NCBI GenBank assembly: GCA_963842525.1
Contig: CAWJGT010000023.1
Location: 32,001-96,000 of the forward strand
From: an uncultured Holophagales bacterium
Lineage (GTDB): Bacteria > Acidobacteriota > Thermoanaerobaculia > Multivoradales > UBA5704
DNA length: 64,000 bases
Direction of reading: 5' to 3'
Shown piece after piece: positions 29,416 through 39,766 of this stretch (the stretch's first letter is position 1; every line of letters starts with the position of its first letter). The translations under genes were made by a program, and so were the position numbers. The notes beneath the pieces are model-generated. The model did no database searches, was not told where the DNA came from, and was given only the letters and a program-made list of their open reading frames with translations.

Positions 29416-30690
29416 ATGGCCGTCTACGAAGACATCCTCGGCTCGCTCGTGGGAGAGCGCTACCGCGTCACCCGGCCGCTGGGGGCGGGCGCCTTCGGCC
29501 AGGTCTTCCTGGCCCAGCACGAGATCTTCGACGTGCCGCTGCGGCCCGTGGCCCTCAAGCTCTTCATCCGGGACTACGTGACGCGCGACAACGCCAGAAA
29601 GGTTTTCAAGGAAGCCCTGCTGCTCGAGTCCCTGGCGGCCGGAGCCCGCAGCCAGGGAGAGGAGACCCACCTGGTGACGGTCTATGAGGCCGGCGTCCTC
29701 AAGGACTACCAGCACATGCCCTACGTCGCCATGGAGTACGTGGACGGCGGCAGCCTCAAGGACCGCTTGGAAAGGGCCCGCCGGTTTCCCTTGCAGACGG
29801 TGATCCGCCACGTCCGCGACATCTGCGCCGGGCTCCGGCTGGCCCACGAGGCGTCGCCGGCGATCATCCACCGGGACCTGAAGCCGGAAAACGTCCTCAT
29901 CACGCACAGCGGCTTCGTCAAGGTCGCCGACTTCGGCGTCGCCATCGACCGCTACGAAGCGTTCCTGGCGGGCGGCACGGCCGGAACGATCACGTATTCG
30001 CCGCCGGAGAGCCGGCAGGACCGGGGAGCCTCACCCGCCTGGGACGTCTATTCGCTCGGCGTCATGATGCTCGAAATGCTCACAGGGGAAAACCCCTTGA
30101 TCCCTGCGCTCCGGAAGGCCAAAGAGGCGGACCGGCCGGTCGAGCGGGAGCTGGATGCGGCCCAGGAGAGGCTCGCCGAGCTCCACGACCCGGCGACCGG
30201 GCGTTCTTTCAACGATCTGATCGAAGAGCTGCGTCTGTGCAAGCCCTGCCAGAAAGTGCTCGCCGGCTGTCTCGCCTGGAGCCCGGCCGCGCGCTATCCG
30301 GACGCCCGAGCCCTGGACGAGGCTCTCCAGGCTTGCGAAACGGGCGGAGTGATCGTCGAGATGATCGAAACGTTCGAGCAGAAGCAGGAGCGGCTGCGTG
30401 GGCTCGCCGGCCAGGCGCGCCGGTTTGGCGACCTCGAACAGGCCCGGCTCCGGCTCGAGGAGGCCCGGTGCGAAAAGCCAAACGATCCGGGCCTCCTGTT
30501 CGAGCTGTCGGAGGTCTACGCCGCCCTGGAGCGCTGGGACGAGGCCATCCGTCTGCAGGAGGAGGGTCTGAAGAGCCGGCGCACCGGGGCAGGCATGCTG
30601 CGCCTGGCCGACCTCTACGACCGGGTGGGCAAACAAGGCCAGGCCAGGACCCTGCGCGGCCTGGCGAAATCCATCGGAAGCAAGGGCTGA
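29416..30690 (+). CDS. cytoplasmic Ser/Thr protein kinase with C-terminal TPRs
   Basis: GAGAFG, VALK, HRDLKPEN, DFG, GTITYSPPE, DVYSLG; TPR-like tail. Confidence 0.93.
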   Translation: MAVYEDILGSLVGERYRVTRPLGAGAFGQVFLAQHEIFDVPLRPVALKLFIRDYVTRDNARKVFKEALLLESLAAGARSQGEETHLVTVYEAGVLKDYQHMPYVAMEYVDGGSLKDRLERARRFPLQTVIRHVRDICAGLRLAHEASPAIIHRDLKPENVLITHSGFVKVADFGVAIDRYEAFLAGGTAGTITYSPPESRQDRGASPAWDVYSLGVMMLEMLTGENPLIPALRKAKEADRPVERELDAAQERLAELHDPATGRSFNDLIEELRLCKPCQKVLAGCLAWSPAARYPDARALDEALQACETGGVIVEMIETFEQKQERLRGLAGQARRFGDLEQARLRLEEARCEKPNDPGLLFELSEVYAALERWDEAIRLQEEGLKSRRTGAGMLRLADLYDRVGKQGQARTLRGLAKSIGSKG

Positions 30691-30704
30691 TCCGGGAGCG
30701 GGAC

Positions 30705-33700
30705 ATGCTCGACCTGAAACCCATCGATCCCTCCGTCTCGCGCTCCCTTCTTGCGCGGTTCAACCCTTTTCAGCCCGGGCTGCACCTGCGCGACAGCATG
30801 CCGGAGGAGATCCTGCAAAAGCCCCTCGATCACCAGGATCTCCTCCGCCAGCACGGCTGGCGCCGGGTGCTTCCCTTCTATGAAGAGGAGCTCTTCCCCG
30901 CCCTGAAGCGCCTGCCTGCGAGCCGCGAGGCCTGGCGGGTCCGCTACGAGATCGGCTGCCGGGCCGTGGCCCTGCGCGCCGCCAACGAGCCTGATGCTCG
31001 CATGACCCGGCTCGCCACGGAGCTGGCCGGCGACCTGGTGTTGGCCCGTTTCGAAGAGAACCCCGCCGGCGACGCGGCGGTGCGCCGCCAGGTGAGGGAT
31101 TTCCTCGCGACGCAGCTCGCCGAAGCGGTCGGCCGGCTGCGCCGCGAAAGAAGAATCGTGGAAGCCTGCCAGGTCTACGAAGCGCTCGAACGGCTGGGAG
31201 GGCTGAGCCCAACTCACCGCACGGAGTACGCCCGGCTGCTCTGGCAGGACCAGGACCGGGGAGGCGCCGCGGCCCTGCCGGTCTACCTGCGCCACCTGAG
31301 CGACCACGGCTGGAACGGCGGACCGGTCACCGGCGAGATGAAGGCTTTCGTCCTGAGCCAGATCGCCATTGACGACCGGACGCCGCAGCACGAGATCCCC
31401 CGGCGCCTGCTGCTCAACCAGTCGGCCCTGTGCTCCCCCAAGGCGCCGGTGGAAGCCGCCCGGCATGCGGGCCTGGCCTACCTCCGCCTGGATCAACCCG
31501 AACGGGCCGTCCCTTACCTGGAGCGGGCCCGATCCGGCAATGGCCACGATCAGGGCGTCGCCGCCTTCCATCTCGGCCAGGCCCTGTTCCGCACCGAGAA
31601 ATTCGATCCGGCCGCGACGGCCTTCGAGCAGGCAGCGCAACAAGGCTACAGCAGCGCACGGATCGAGGCCTGGAAGGGTCTGGCCTACGCCCGGTCGGCC
31701 CGCTGGGAAGAGGCTCTCGCGGCGTTCCGCCAGGCCCAGGCGGACCTCGGCGACATCCAGGAAGGGGACTTCTTCGTCAACTGGGGGCGCGCCGCCTTCC
31801 TGATGAAGGACGTCGAAGACGCCGAGCAGCGTTTCTGCCGCGCGCTCGCCGTGGAGCCGGGCAACGCCCGTGCGGCCCAAGGCCTCGCGATCTGCCTGGA
31901 GCAGCAGGGCCGGAGACCGGAAGCGCACGGCCTGTTGCAGCCCCTCGCGTCCGCCGAGCCGGTCTTCGCTCCGGCCGTCCATCTCCTCGGGCGCCTGCTG
32001 GAGGCGGACGGCCGGCGCGAGGAGGCCCTGGCCTGCTACCGGCAGGCCCTCGCCGCCAACTTCGGCGATCCGGGGTACGCCCTCTCCCTGGGGCTGGCCC
32101 TGGACGAGATGTCGAGCCCCGCGGCCCTCCCCCACCTGGAAGTCGCAGCACAGGACGGCTTGGGCGGACCCGAGGTCGTGCGAAGGATCGTCCTTCTGCG
32201 CTTCCGCCAGGGCGACCGGGACGGGGCCTGGCGCTGGCTCGAATGGCTCCAGAAAGCCGGAGCCCTGCCGGACTCTCTGGCGCGGCTGCGCGCCCGCGAG
32301 CTCGCCACCGAGGCCACCGAAGCCTTCAACGCCGGCCGCTATCCCGACGCCGCCAGGCTCTGGGACGAGGTGAGGACCGCCTGGCCGGACAATCCCCGGG
32401 TCGCCGAAAACCTTTCCAAATCTCTGCTCTGCGACGCTGCCGTCCGCCTCAAGCAAGGCGAGCTGGACGGCCTGTGGGACCAGATCGACCGTGCACACCA
32501 GCTTGCCGAAAGCTTCGAGTCCCGCCTCCTCCTGGCGATCTCGCTCCTCGTGCGGGGCGACCTGTCCGCAGCCCGGGAGCGGCTGGAGACGCTCGCCGCG
32601 GAGCACCCGGAGCACCCGGCCGTTGCGGTCTTCTGCGCCCTCGCCGCCTGTTTCAGCGCCGCAGGGTCCGCCGAAGAGGAGTTGCAGAGCCTCTCCTCCC
32701 TGGCCGGCGAGCTCGTCCCGGCTCCCCTGCTCGCCTTCCTGAAGATCCAGCTCGCGGCCCGCCGCGGCGACTTCGAGGCCGCCGCGCAAGCCGTGGACGT
32801 CTGGGTCGAGGACCCGGAGCCCGTACGCGCCTTGGGCCTTCCACGTTCTCAGGTGAACCTGCTGGTCGCCCACTGCAAGCTCCGCGGCACACGCAGCAGG
32901 AGGCAGCGGGTCGTGCGGTCCCTGGAGGAGCTGACCGCCCGGTACGGCGGGGGCTACTGGGATCTGGGACTGGCCCTGGCCCAGCATCACCTCGCCACCG
33001 CCGCCGGCCTCGCCCGCGCCGGAGAGGCAGATCCAGCCGCGCTGGCGGCCTGTGACGCGGCCTACCGGGCATTTTTGAAAACTGCGTCTGCCGACGAGCG
33101 CGGGCCGGCCCAAAGGAGCCATGCGGAGCTGCTCCAGTTCCTCGCCTGCCATCACCTGCAGCGCGGCGATCTCGGCGCCGCCCTGGAGGCCCTGGAGCGC
33201 CTGAAAGAGCTCGGCGCCGACGCACCCCGTGCGACCGAAAAGCTGCGCAAGGCTCTGACGGCGCGGATGAAGCGTCCCTCCCATGCCAAGGCCTTCTCCC
33301 TTCTCGCGCGAGATCCGGACGGCGCCCGCACCACCTGGAAATCCCTGCTGAAGGAGAACCCGAACGATCTCATCGCGCTCCATCATCTCGCCTGCCTGGC
33401 CTGGTCGCACGCCTGGGACGAGGTGGTCGAAGAGCATTACGAGGCCTCTCTCCCCTACTGGCGCGAAGGGCTGGAGCACTACCGGCAGCTCTACTCCCGC
33501 GACGACTTCTGGGACGGCCTCCGGCAGAAAGGCCAAGCCCTCGGCCAGATGGCAGCCCATCCGTTCCACGAAAAAACCTTCGACGAATGGCGCGCCGCGG
33601 CCCTCTACGAGCTCGCGCACACCCTGATCGACCTGATCTTCCACGTCCTGACCGGCTTCGACTTCGGCAAGCGGCAGACGGCCGTCGATCCGCGCATCCT

Positions 33701-34313
33701 AATGGCCCGTTCGCTCATGGAGGTCCTCCTCGACTCCAAGCTCGACGCCGCGCTCAAGGACCGGCTCTCCGAAAGCCTGGCCGACCACTACCTCGATCCG
33801 GACCCCACCCGCCTGTCCAACTTCGACGCCTCCACCCACCGCGCCGAGGTCGTGATCGATATCGACCCGGCGAGCCTCAAGGCGCGATCGTTCCTCCTCC
33901 GCGCCACTGTCCACCAGATCGACACGCAGCGCAAAGAGGGTGTCCGCAACTTCTCGCGCATGGCCAAACAGCTCGACGCCCTCAAGCTGCACGCCGAGTG
34001 GCTGGCGCAGCGGTTGAAAGAGCTGCCGGAAGACCGCGGGCGGCGCATCCGCATGGATCTCACCGGTTATTACGAACAGCTTGGTTGGGTCAAGCATGAC
34101 GAGGGCGACGAGGAAATCCGAAAGCTCAAGAGCCTGGCTGCGGGGCAGCCCCAGCAGGCCAGGGCCGCGCTGCGGCGGCTTCGCGAATGTTTCCAGGAAT
34201 CGGATGCCGCCCTACGGAAGTCCCTTTCCTTCGATGCGCTCAATCCCCACGCGCAGGAGGCCCTGGAGTACCACCGCGGCTGGTACGAGCAGATCGACCA
34301 AGTCCTGACCTGA
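30705..34313 (+). CDS. large (~1200 aa) tetratricopeptide-repeat protein
   Basis: ATG 30705 after GGGAG; many TPR motifs (AFHLGQAL, ALAVEPGNARA, LGRLL...EEALACYRQAL); no enzymatic domain recognised. Confidence 0.85.
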   Translation: MLDLKPIDPSVSRSLLARFNPFQPGLHLRDSMPEEILQKPLDHQDLLRQHGWRRVLPFYEEELFPALKRLPASREAWRVRYEIGCRAVALRAANEPDARMTRLATELAGDLVLARFEENPAGDAAVRRQVRDFLATQLAEAVGRLRRERRIVEACQVYEALERLGGLSPTHRTEYARLLWQDQDRGGAAALPVYLRHLSDHGWNGGPVTGEMKAFVLSQIAIDDRTPQHEIPRRLLLNQSALCSPKAPVEAARHAGLAYLRLDQPERAVPYLERARSGNGHDQGVAAFHLGQALFRTEKFDPAATAFEQAAQQGYSSARIEAWKGLAYARSARWEEALAAFRQAQADLGDIQEGDFFVNWGRAAFLMKDVEDAEQRFCRALAVEPGNARAAQGLAICLEQQGRRPEAHGLLQPLASAEPVFAPAVHLLGRLLEADGRREEALACYRQALAANFGDPGYALSLGLALDEMSSPAALPHLEVAAQDGLGGPEVVRRIVLLRFRQGDRDGAWRWLEWLQKAGALPDSLARLRARELATEATEAFNAGRYPDAARLWDEVRTAWPDNPRVAENLSKSLLCDAAVRLKQGELDGLWDQIDRAHQLAESFESRLLLAISLLVRGDLSAARERLETLAAEHPEHPAVAVFCALAACFSAAGSAEEELQSLSSLAGELVPAPLLAFLKIQLAARRGDFEAAAQAVDVWVEDPEPVRALGLPRSQVNLLVAHCKLRGTRSRRQRVVRSLEELTARYGGGYWDLGLALAQHHLATAAGLARAGEADPAALAACDAAYRAFLKTASADERGPAQRSHAELLQFLACHHLQRGDLGAALEALERLKELGADAPRATEKLRKALTARMKRPSHAKAFSLLARDPDGARTTWKSLLKENPNDLIALHHLACLAWSHAWDEVVEEHYEASLPYWREGLEHYRQLYSRDDFWDGLRQKGQALGQMAAHPFHEKTFDEWRAAALYELAHTLIDLIFHVLTGFDFGKRQTAVDPRILMARSLMEVLLDSKLDAALKDRLSESLADHYLDPDPTRLSNFDASTHRAEVVIDIDPASLKARSFLLRATVHQIDTQRKEGVRNFSRMAKQLDALKLHAEWLAQRLKELPEDRGRRIRMDLTGYYEQLGWVKHDEGDEEIRKLKSLAAGQPQQARAALRRLRECFQESDAALRKSLSFDALNPHAQEALEYHRGWYEQIDQVLT

Positions 34314-34326
34314 CGGGAGACAAACC

Positions 34327-34818
34327 ATGGGACGGATCGACCCGAACAGGAATCCTTGCCGGCACAACATCTTCGATGCCTATGCGATCGACAAATCGGA
34401 GATCGACATCAAGGTCATCCGCGGGGCCTCTCTGAAAGCGAGGGACCAGCTCAAGTTCGGGAAGATCGTAGCGCGGGACGGCGCCGAGCTGCAGTTGACC
34501 GAAGCCGAACTCAACGAGATGGACAAGGTTCTCTTTGATCCCGTGGCGCGGCTCAAGTCTGAGCAATTCGTCCATCAGGCGCATTCCTTCTCTCAGGACG
34601 AAGAGCTAACGGTCTTGGTGCGCCAACTGGAGGAGGCGCGCGATCCCTTACCGGACCTCCTCGCCAAGATCCAGGCGAGGACACTCGCCACCCTCGTGCG
34701 GCAGGTGCTGCCGCAACCCGTACCGCAGCCGCTCGCGGACGACCTGACGCCGGTTGAGCTTGAGCCGCTTGATCTGCAGCTCGAATCGTTGCGGGATGCC
34801 ATTCTGCGGGACCGTTAG
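34327..34818 (+). CDS. putative degenerate J-domain-like protein (no HPD motif)
   Basis: RBS GGGAG; NIFDAYAIDK..IKVIRGA and ELNEMDKVLFDPVAR align by eye with J-domain YEILGV..EIKKAY and EINEAYEVLSDPEKR. Confidence 0.5.
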   Translation: MGRIDPNRNPCRHNIFDAYAIDKSEIDIKVIRGASLKARDQLKFGKIVARDGAELQLTEAELNEMDKVLFDPVARLKSEQFVHQAHSFSQDEELTVLVRQLEEARDPLPDLLAKIQARTLATLVRQVLPQPVPQPLADDLTPVELEPLDLQLESLRDAILRDR

Positions 34819-34840
34819 TTAGTGCTTCGGCGAACCAGGA

Positions 34841-36505
34841 GTGCAGACCGTGGCGAACTATACTACTGATCTCAAGTATCTTCTGGAGGAGTGTACATAC
34901 ACATCTGGCGTCCAGCAGCACGAGGCCAGTGTGTATTACCAGGAATCTCTTAGAGAGGATTCCCTACCGTTCCTAGCAATCGGCCACATGGACAGCAGGA
35001 ATCTGCGCGAAATTCTCCGGCATCTCACAGGATGGCTCCGGTTCAGAATCGTTCTCCAAGCGCTCAGCAATGTCTGTGAAACTCTCGAATATGCACACCG
35101 CAACGGCATTGCCCACGGCGCGATCGCCCTAGAAAAGATCACCTTCTCTCAACGAACCCGGCGATTCAGACTCGCCTTCGCGTCTCCTTCTCCGCTTCTG
35201 TCTGATGACAATATAGGAATCACTGCCGCAGAGCACATGGGAAGAGCAGTTCAGAAGGACCTCTCGGACTTGGAGGCCATCTTCGCGAACCTTCTTTCCG
35301 GAGTACGGGTGCCTTGGCTTGAGAAGATCCTGCTCAACTGCCGAAATCGACGCTTCACGAATGCCACCGGACTCTTCCGGGCGATTGTTCATCGGGAGCC
35401 CGAAAGAGCTCTTCTCATCGTTTTGTCGGCTCACTATAACGCCGACGCTCAGATTATCCACTACGACCTCGACATCGGAGGCTCAAGATCCCCCGAGATA
35501 CTCGACTTGGGAGTCAACCACAAAACGATCAGCGATCTCTGTGCACGCTGGGACCATATCGGCGAGCTCGCGCTACAACGTGCAAATAGAAAACGCGATT
35601 GCGCTCTAGTAGTCAACGGCAACCAAGGGATTCAAGAGTTAGTTAAGGAGGTTTCCGAGGACGCCACGCATTTCGTTCTTGGTGCCAAGGTGCAGAGAGG
35701 GCTCGAGAGGTATCCGCAAGCAGCCCTGTGGATCATGTATGATCCGCGCCTTTCTGCGATCCCTTGGGAGCTGCTGGAAATCAGCGGCGCTCGTTTCTGC
35801 CAGCAATTCCATGTGGCACGCTCGCCGCGGGTGGCCGCCCGCGTGCTCCATCCCGGGCTGCAGGCGGAAAACAAAATTCGCCTGCTGTTCATCGAAGACC
35901 CAGATGGCAATCTTGAAGGCGCACGAAAGGAGTGCCAACGCCTAAGAGCGGGGCTCGAATCCTCTCCCTTTGCCGACCGTATAGATATTTGGACCGTTAA
36001 TCGACGCGATGACTCACTTGCAATTCGTGGCCGAATGTTGCGCAGCGACATCATCCACTTCGCCGGACATGGCCTCTTCCATAAAAAATACACAGAAGAC
36101 AGCGGCCTGAGCCTCGGCGGCGGCGATATTTTTCCCGCGAGCCAGCTCAAGGATTTTTGGAGGTACGGAGCCCCATCTTTGGTTTTCGCGAATGCTTGTG
36201 GTTCAGGGCGGACCAACAAACAGATATCCCGGCATCGGGTCTACAGCGATGCCGCGACCGGTCTGGGTCAAGCGTTCCTCGCTGCCGGCGTCGCCAACTA
36301 TGTGGGAACCCTTTGGAATGCTCCGGACGGCGACGCCACGATTGACTTTGCGGTCGAGTTCTACCTCTGGTTCCTCTCTGGATGCACGGTGAGTCTGGCT
36401 ATTCACGAGGCGCGGAACCACTGCATCAAAAAATACGGCGAAGACGACCTCACCTGGGCTCGCTACGTCCTCTTTGGGCACCCCCTGAGTCGCATTGAGA
36501 TTTGA
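34841..36505 (+). CDS. pseudokinase-CHAT protease fusion
   Basis: Degenerate kinase subdomains (LEYAHRNGIAHGAIALEK for HRDLKPEN); CHAT IPWELL, HFAGHG, FANACGSG, YVGTLW, WARYVLFG; visibly more AT-rich than its neighbours. Confidence 0.85.
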   Translation: MQTVANYTTDLKYLLEECTYTSGVQQHEASVYYQESLREDSLPFLAIGHMDSRNLREILRHLTGWLRFRIVLQALSNVCETLEYAHRNGIAHGAIALEKITFSQRTRRFRLAFASPSPLLSDDNIGITAAEHMGRAVQKDLSDLEAIFANLLSGVRVPWLEKILLNCRNRRFTNATGLFRAIVHREPERALLIVLSAHYNADAQIIHYDLDIGGSRSPEILDLGVNHKTISDLCARWDHIGELALQRANRKRDCALVVNGNQGIQELVKEVSEDATHFVLGAKVQRGLERYPQAALWIMYDPRLSAIPWELLEISGARFCQQFHVARSPRVAARVLHPGLQAENKIRLLFIEDPDGNLEGARKECQRLRAGLESSPFADRIDIWTVNRRDDSLAIRGRMLRSDIIHFAGHGLFHKKYTEDSGLSLGGGDIFPASQLKDFWRYGAPSLVFANACGSGRTNKQISRHRVYSDAATGLGQAFLAAGVANYVGTLWNAPDGDATIDFAVEFYLWFLSGCTVSLAIHEARNHCIKKYGEDDLTWARYVLFGHPLSRIEI

Positions 36506-36514
36506 GGAAAGACC

Positions 36515-37074
36515 ATGAGCACCGAGACGATCCCCATTCCCGGCTTCCTGCCCACCCCCCTGGCCACTACGCCCCGCGAGCTCCAGGGGCTCGCGCTGGA
36601 GCTCTATCGGCACCTGGCGGACAACGCCCGCCGGCTGGAGGAATGCGAGCGGAAAGCGAAGGACGAGCTCGCCTCGCAAGCGCGAGAGCATGACCGGATG
36701 ATCGCGCGCCTGGCCGCGGAACGCTTCGAATTCCAGCGGCTTCTGGATCGCGTGCTGCCCCAGATCGAGCAGGGCGAGCTCCTCCGGACCTGGCCACGGC
36801 GCTGACCCTGCAAGCCCGGAGCTGGGACGCAGAGCTTGCGCGGGCGCGGATCGAGGTGATCGATCTCGCCGGGCAGATCCTTACCGATGCGCTCGCCGAA
36901 AAGGTTGAGGTCGAGAGCGCAATCCCGGATCCGGATGTGAATGAGACAGTAGTGCGAAAAACGCTGACGCCGCTCGTCCTGCACGAGGGCCGGGTGGTAG
37001 GCGTGGCCAAAGTGATCACGTCAGTCCCCTTGCCGCGCAGCAAGGAACAAGAGCTGAAGGAGGGCTCGTTGTGA
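36515..37074 (+). CDS. GrpE-like nucleotide-exchange factor; apparent frameshift near 36782
   Basis: N-terminal coiled coil (36515-36780) joins across a -1 shift to IEVIDLAGQ...ETVVRKTLTPLVLHEGRVVGVAKVITS, resembling the GrpE beta head; directly precedes an Hsp70. Confidence 0.65.
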
Positions 37075-39740
37075 AGATCGTCGGCATCGATCTCGGGACC
37101 ACCAATTCCTGTGTCTATTACCTGGACGATGAGGGCAACCCCGTCCTCGTCACCGACTCTCTCAACCGGAAGATCTTTCCCTCCGTGGTCTGGTCGGCCG
37201 GGCCGGGCAAGGAGGTCATCGTCGGACACAAGGCGAAGAGCCGCCTGGGACAGCAGCCCTCTCCGGTCGCTGCGGTGAAGCGGAAGATGGGGACGACCGA
37301 GGAGGTTCGGCTCGGCGGACAGGGAGTCGCTCCGGTCGAGGTCTCGGCCCACATCCTCTCTTATGCAAAGCGTCTGGTCGAGGAGGCGACCGGAGACCAG
37401 GTGGGCGGCGTGGTAGTCACCATGCCTGCCTACTTTGACGCCGCACCCAAAAATGACACCTATGAGGCCGCAGTGCAAGCCTTCTTCTGTGGCGACGCCG
37501 CGGCGGCTCGAGGCCGGCTCGAGCTGCAGCTCGAGCCGGTGGCGGCGGCCTACGCCTACACCCTGGAAGATCCCGCGGAGCGCCTCCGCATCCTGGTCTA
37601 CGACCTGGGAGGCGGGACGTTCAACGTGACCCTGCTCGACAAGTCCCCCGAAGGCGGCCTCACGGTGCTGAAGTTCGGCGGCGATCCCCATCTCGGCGGC
37701 GACAACGTCGATGACCGCGTCGCGGCCTGGTTTCTCTATCTCCTGCGCGGCGGCAAGCCGGAAGCGCTGGACAGGATCCTCGCTCCGGGCCGCTATCCGG
37801 CGGACAGGCAATACACCCTCCTGCAACAGCTTCTGACCAACGACACGGCAGGACTGCGCGGCGAGCTGCGGCCGGAGGACCAGGACCTCAAGATCGGCGC
37901 GAAACCCCGTTACGCCCTCGATCTCGAAGCGAGCAACCCGCAAGATCTGGAACGTATCCAGACACTCAAGGCCCTGGCCGAGAAGGCCAAGATCGATCTC
38001 TCCGTCTCGACCGAGGCGACAATTTCGAAGCTGGGCGCCTTCACTGACCAGGATGGGGAGATCGTGGACGTCGACCTGACCCTCAACCGGAGCGAATTCA
38101 ACCGGCTCATCGGCGACATGATCGTCCGCACGATCGAGGAGACCGCCCGCGTCGTGGAGGGAAGCGGGCTGACCCTCGATCAGATCGACCGCATCATTCT
38201 CGTCGGAGGCTCGACGCGCATGCCGGTCGTGCGCGACGAGCTCGAGAAGGCGTTTCATCGCCCCATCCAGATGGCGGATCATCCCGACCTGATCGTCGCC
38301 CGGGGCGCCGCCTTGCGGGCCCGCGAGCTCAGCCTCGCGACGCCGGACGACCGCAGCGACGGAAAGATCTCCCTCGAATACCCGCGCCAGACGCCCGAGC
38401 CCCGGATCAACATCAAAGGGCAGGTGAGCCAGCCTCTCACCGGGCATCAGGTCTATCTCTCCCGCGGCGGAGAGGATGTGGCCGCCGTGCCCGTCCACGG
38501 GGACAGGTTCCTCCTCACGGACATACCGCTGGCGCACAATACCGAGAACACCTTCCATCTGGAGGTGGCGGACGCGGAGGACAACCTCTTCGCCGCCACG
38601 GAGGTCACGGTCCGGCACAGCGATCAGGCGATCGCCTCGACCGGCCCTCTATCGATACCGCTCACCAAACCGATCAAATCTCGCGGCGTAGGTGGGTTCA
38701 CGACGATCCTTGAAGAGGGAACGGTGCTCCCGGCAAAAGAACCTGTCACCTGCTACCGAGCGACCCAGGACGATCACATCGTCATCGAGCTCTACGAAGG
38801 CGAGCGCAAGCTCGCGGACTTGCGGATTGAGGGGCTCGACCCAAGTCTGCCTCTGAGATCAGCCATTGACGTCGTCGTCAACCTCGACAAGGACTACACA
38901 TGCCACGCCACGGCCACGATCCGGACGACCGGGCAGAGCGCCGGTGTTGCTTTCAGTATTTCTCGTCTTCAGATCCCGACCGTCGAGACCATGGATCAGG
39001 ATCTGGAGAACGTCCTGGAGGAGATCGAAAACGACATCCTCGGGATACGCGATCCCAATCTACGAGCCGGGTTTTCCCGCAAGGCCCGCCGCCTTGCAGC
39101 CGACTATCGCAAGGCCCGCCGGGAGCTGACCCGTGATCACCACAACCTCTATTCGATCGTCGGAGAGCTGCGCAAGGTCCTGATCGAGATCCGCGGTGCC
39201 CACGACGTCCTGGAGCCGCCCTTCGAGGTGCTCGGGCAGCTCGCCCGCATCAACCGCGGAGCGGCCGATCAGTTGGAGGGCACAAGCGCCATCCCGAAAG
39301 AAGACGCTCTGGAGAAGATCGCTGCTCTGGAGCGGGCGGGCAAAGAGGCCTGGGAAAAGCAGGACGCCCCGACCTGGAAGGCGATCATCGGCGAGCTCGA
39401 GAAAATGAAAGGCGATCTGGAGCATGCAACCAGGCCTGCGGGCCCAGGCCCACGGGATTTCCCGCCCGACTTCCTGCAACGAGAGATCCTGTCCTGGCTC
39501 GGCGAGCTGCGCGGCCGAGCCAAGGAGAACGACCTGGAGCAGCTTTTCAGCGTTGATCTTGAAACGATCGAAAGGGCCGTGCGGCACGTCGATCTCCGCA
39601 ATGCGGACCAGGCGCGGAATGCTCTTATCCAGATCGTCCAGGAGCAGATCAAGCCGCTGGACCACAAGATGGAGCGCATCATCCGCGAATCCGGAGGCAC
39701 CCTTGCGCAGTCCGGCGATCGGGTCTACGTGGAATGGTAA
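37071..39740 (+). CDS. atypical Hsp70 (DnaK-like) protein A
   Basis: GIDLGTTNS, VKRKMG, VTMPAYF, LEPVAAA, YDLGGGTFN, ILVGGSTRMP; extra beta insert, diverged substrate-binding domain, helical tail. Confidence 0.92.
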   Translation: MKIVGIDLGTTNSCVYYLDDEGNPVLVTDSLNRKIFPSVVWSAGPGKEVIVGHKAKSRLGQQPSPVAAVKRKMGTTEEVRLGGQGVAPVEVSAHILSYAKRLVEEATGDQVGGVVVTMPAYFDAAPKNDTYEAAVQAFFCGDAAAARGRLELQLEPVAAAYAYTLEDPAERLRILVYDLGGGTFNVTLLDKSPEGGLTVLKFGGDPHLGGDNVDDRVAAWFLYLLRGGKPEALDRILAPGRYPADRQYTLLQQLLTNDTAGLRGELRPEDQDLKIGAKPRYALDLEASNPQDLERIQTLKALAEKAKIDLSVSTEATISKLGAFTDQDGEIVDVDLTLNRSEFNRLIGDMIVRTIEETARVVEGSGLTLDQIDRIILVGGSTRMPVVRDELEKAFHRPIQMADHPDLIVARGAALRARELSLATPDDRSDGKISLEYPRQTPEPRINIKGQVSQPLTGHQVYLSRGGEDVAAVPVHGDRFLLTDIPLAHNTENTFHLEVADAEDNLFAATEVTVRHSDQAIASTGPLSIPLTKPIKSRGVGGFTTILEEGTVLPAKEPVTCYRATQDDHIVIELYEGERKLADLRIEGLDPSLPLRSAIDVVVNLDKDYTCHATATIRTTGQSAGVAFSISRLQIPTVETMDQDLENVLEEIENDILGIRDPNLRAGFSRKARRLAADYRKARRELTRDHHNLYSIVGELRKVLIEIRGAHDVLEPPFEVLGQLARINRGAADQLEGTSAIPKEDALEKIAALERAGKEAWEKQDAPTWKAIIGELEKMKGDLEHATRPAGPGPRDFPPDFLQREILSWLGELRGRAKENDLEQLFSVDLETIERAVRHVDLRNADQARNALIQIVQEQIKPLDHKMERIIRESGGTLAQSGDRVYVEW

Positions 39741-39766
39741 GACGCGGGCCGAAGGAGACACATACC

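Noticed and set aside
25312-30690. Type VI secretion locus (ClpV, OmpA/TssL, PpkA-like kinase)
   Set aside because: No TssB/C, Hcp, VgrG, TssM or baseplate genes; the Clp protein has one AAA module and the OmpA protein pairs with a MotA-like gene
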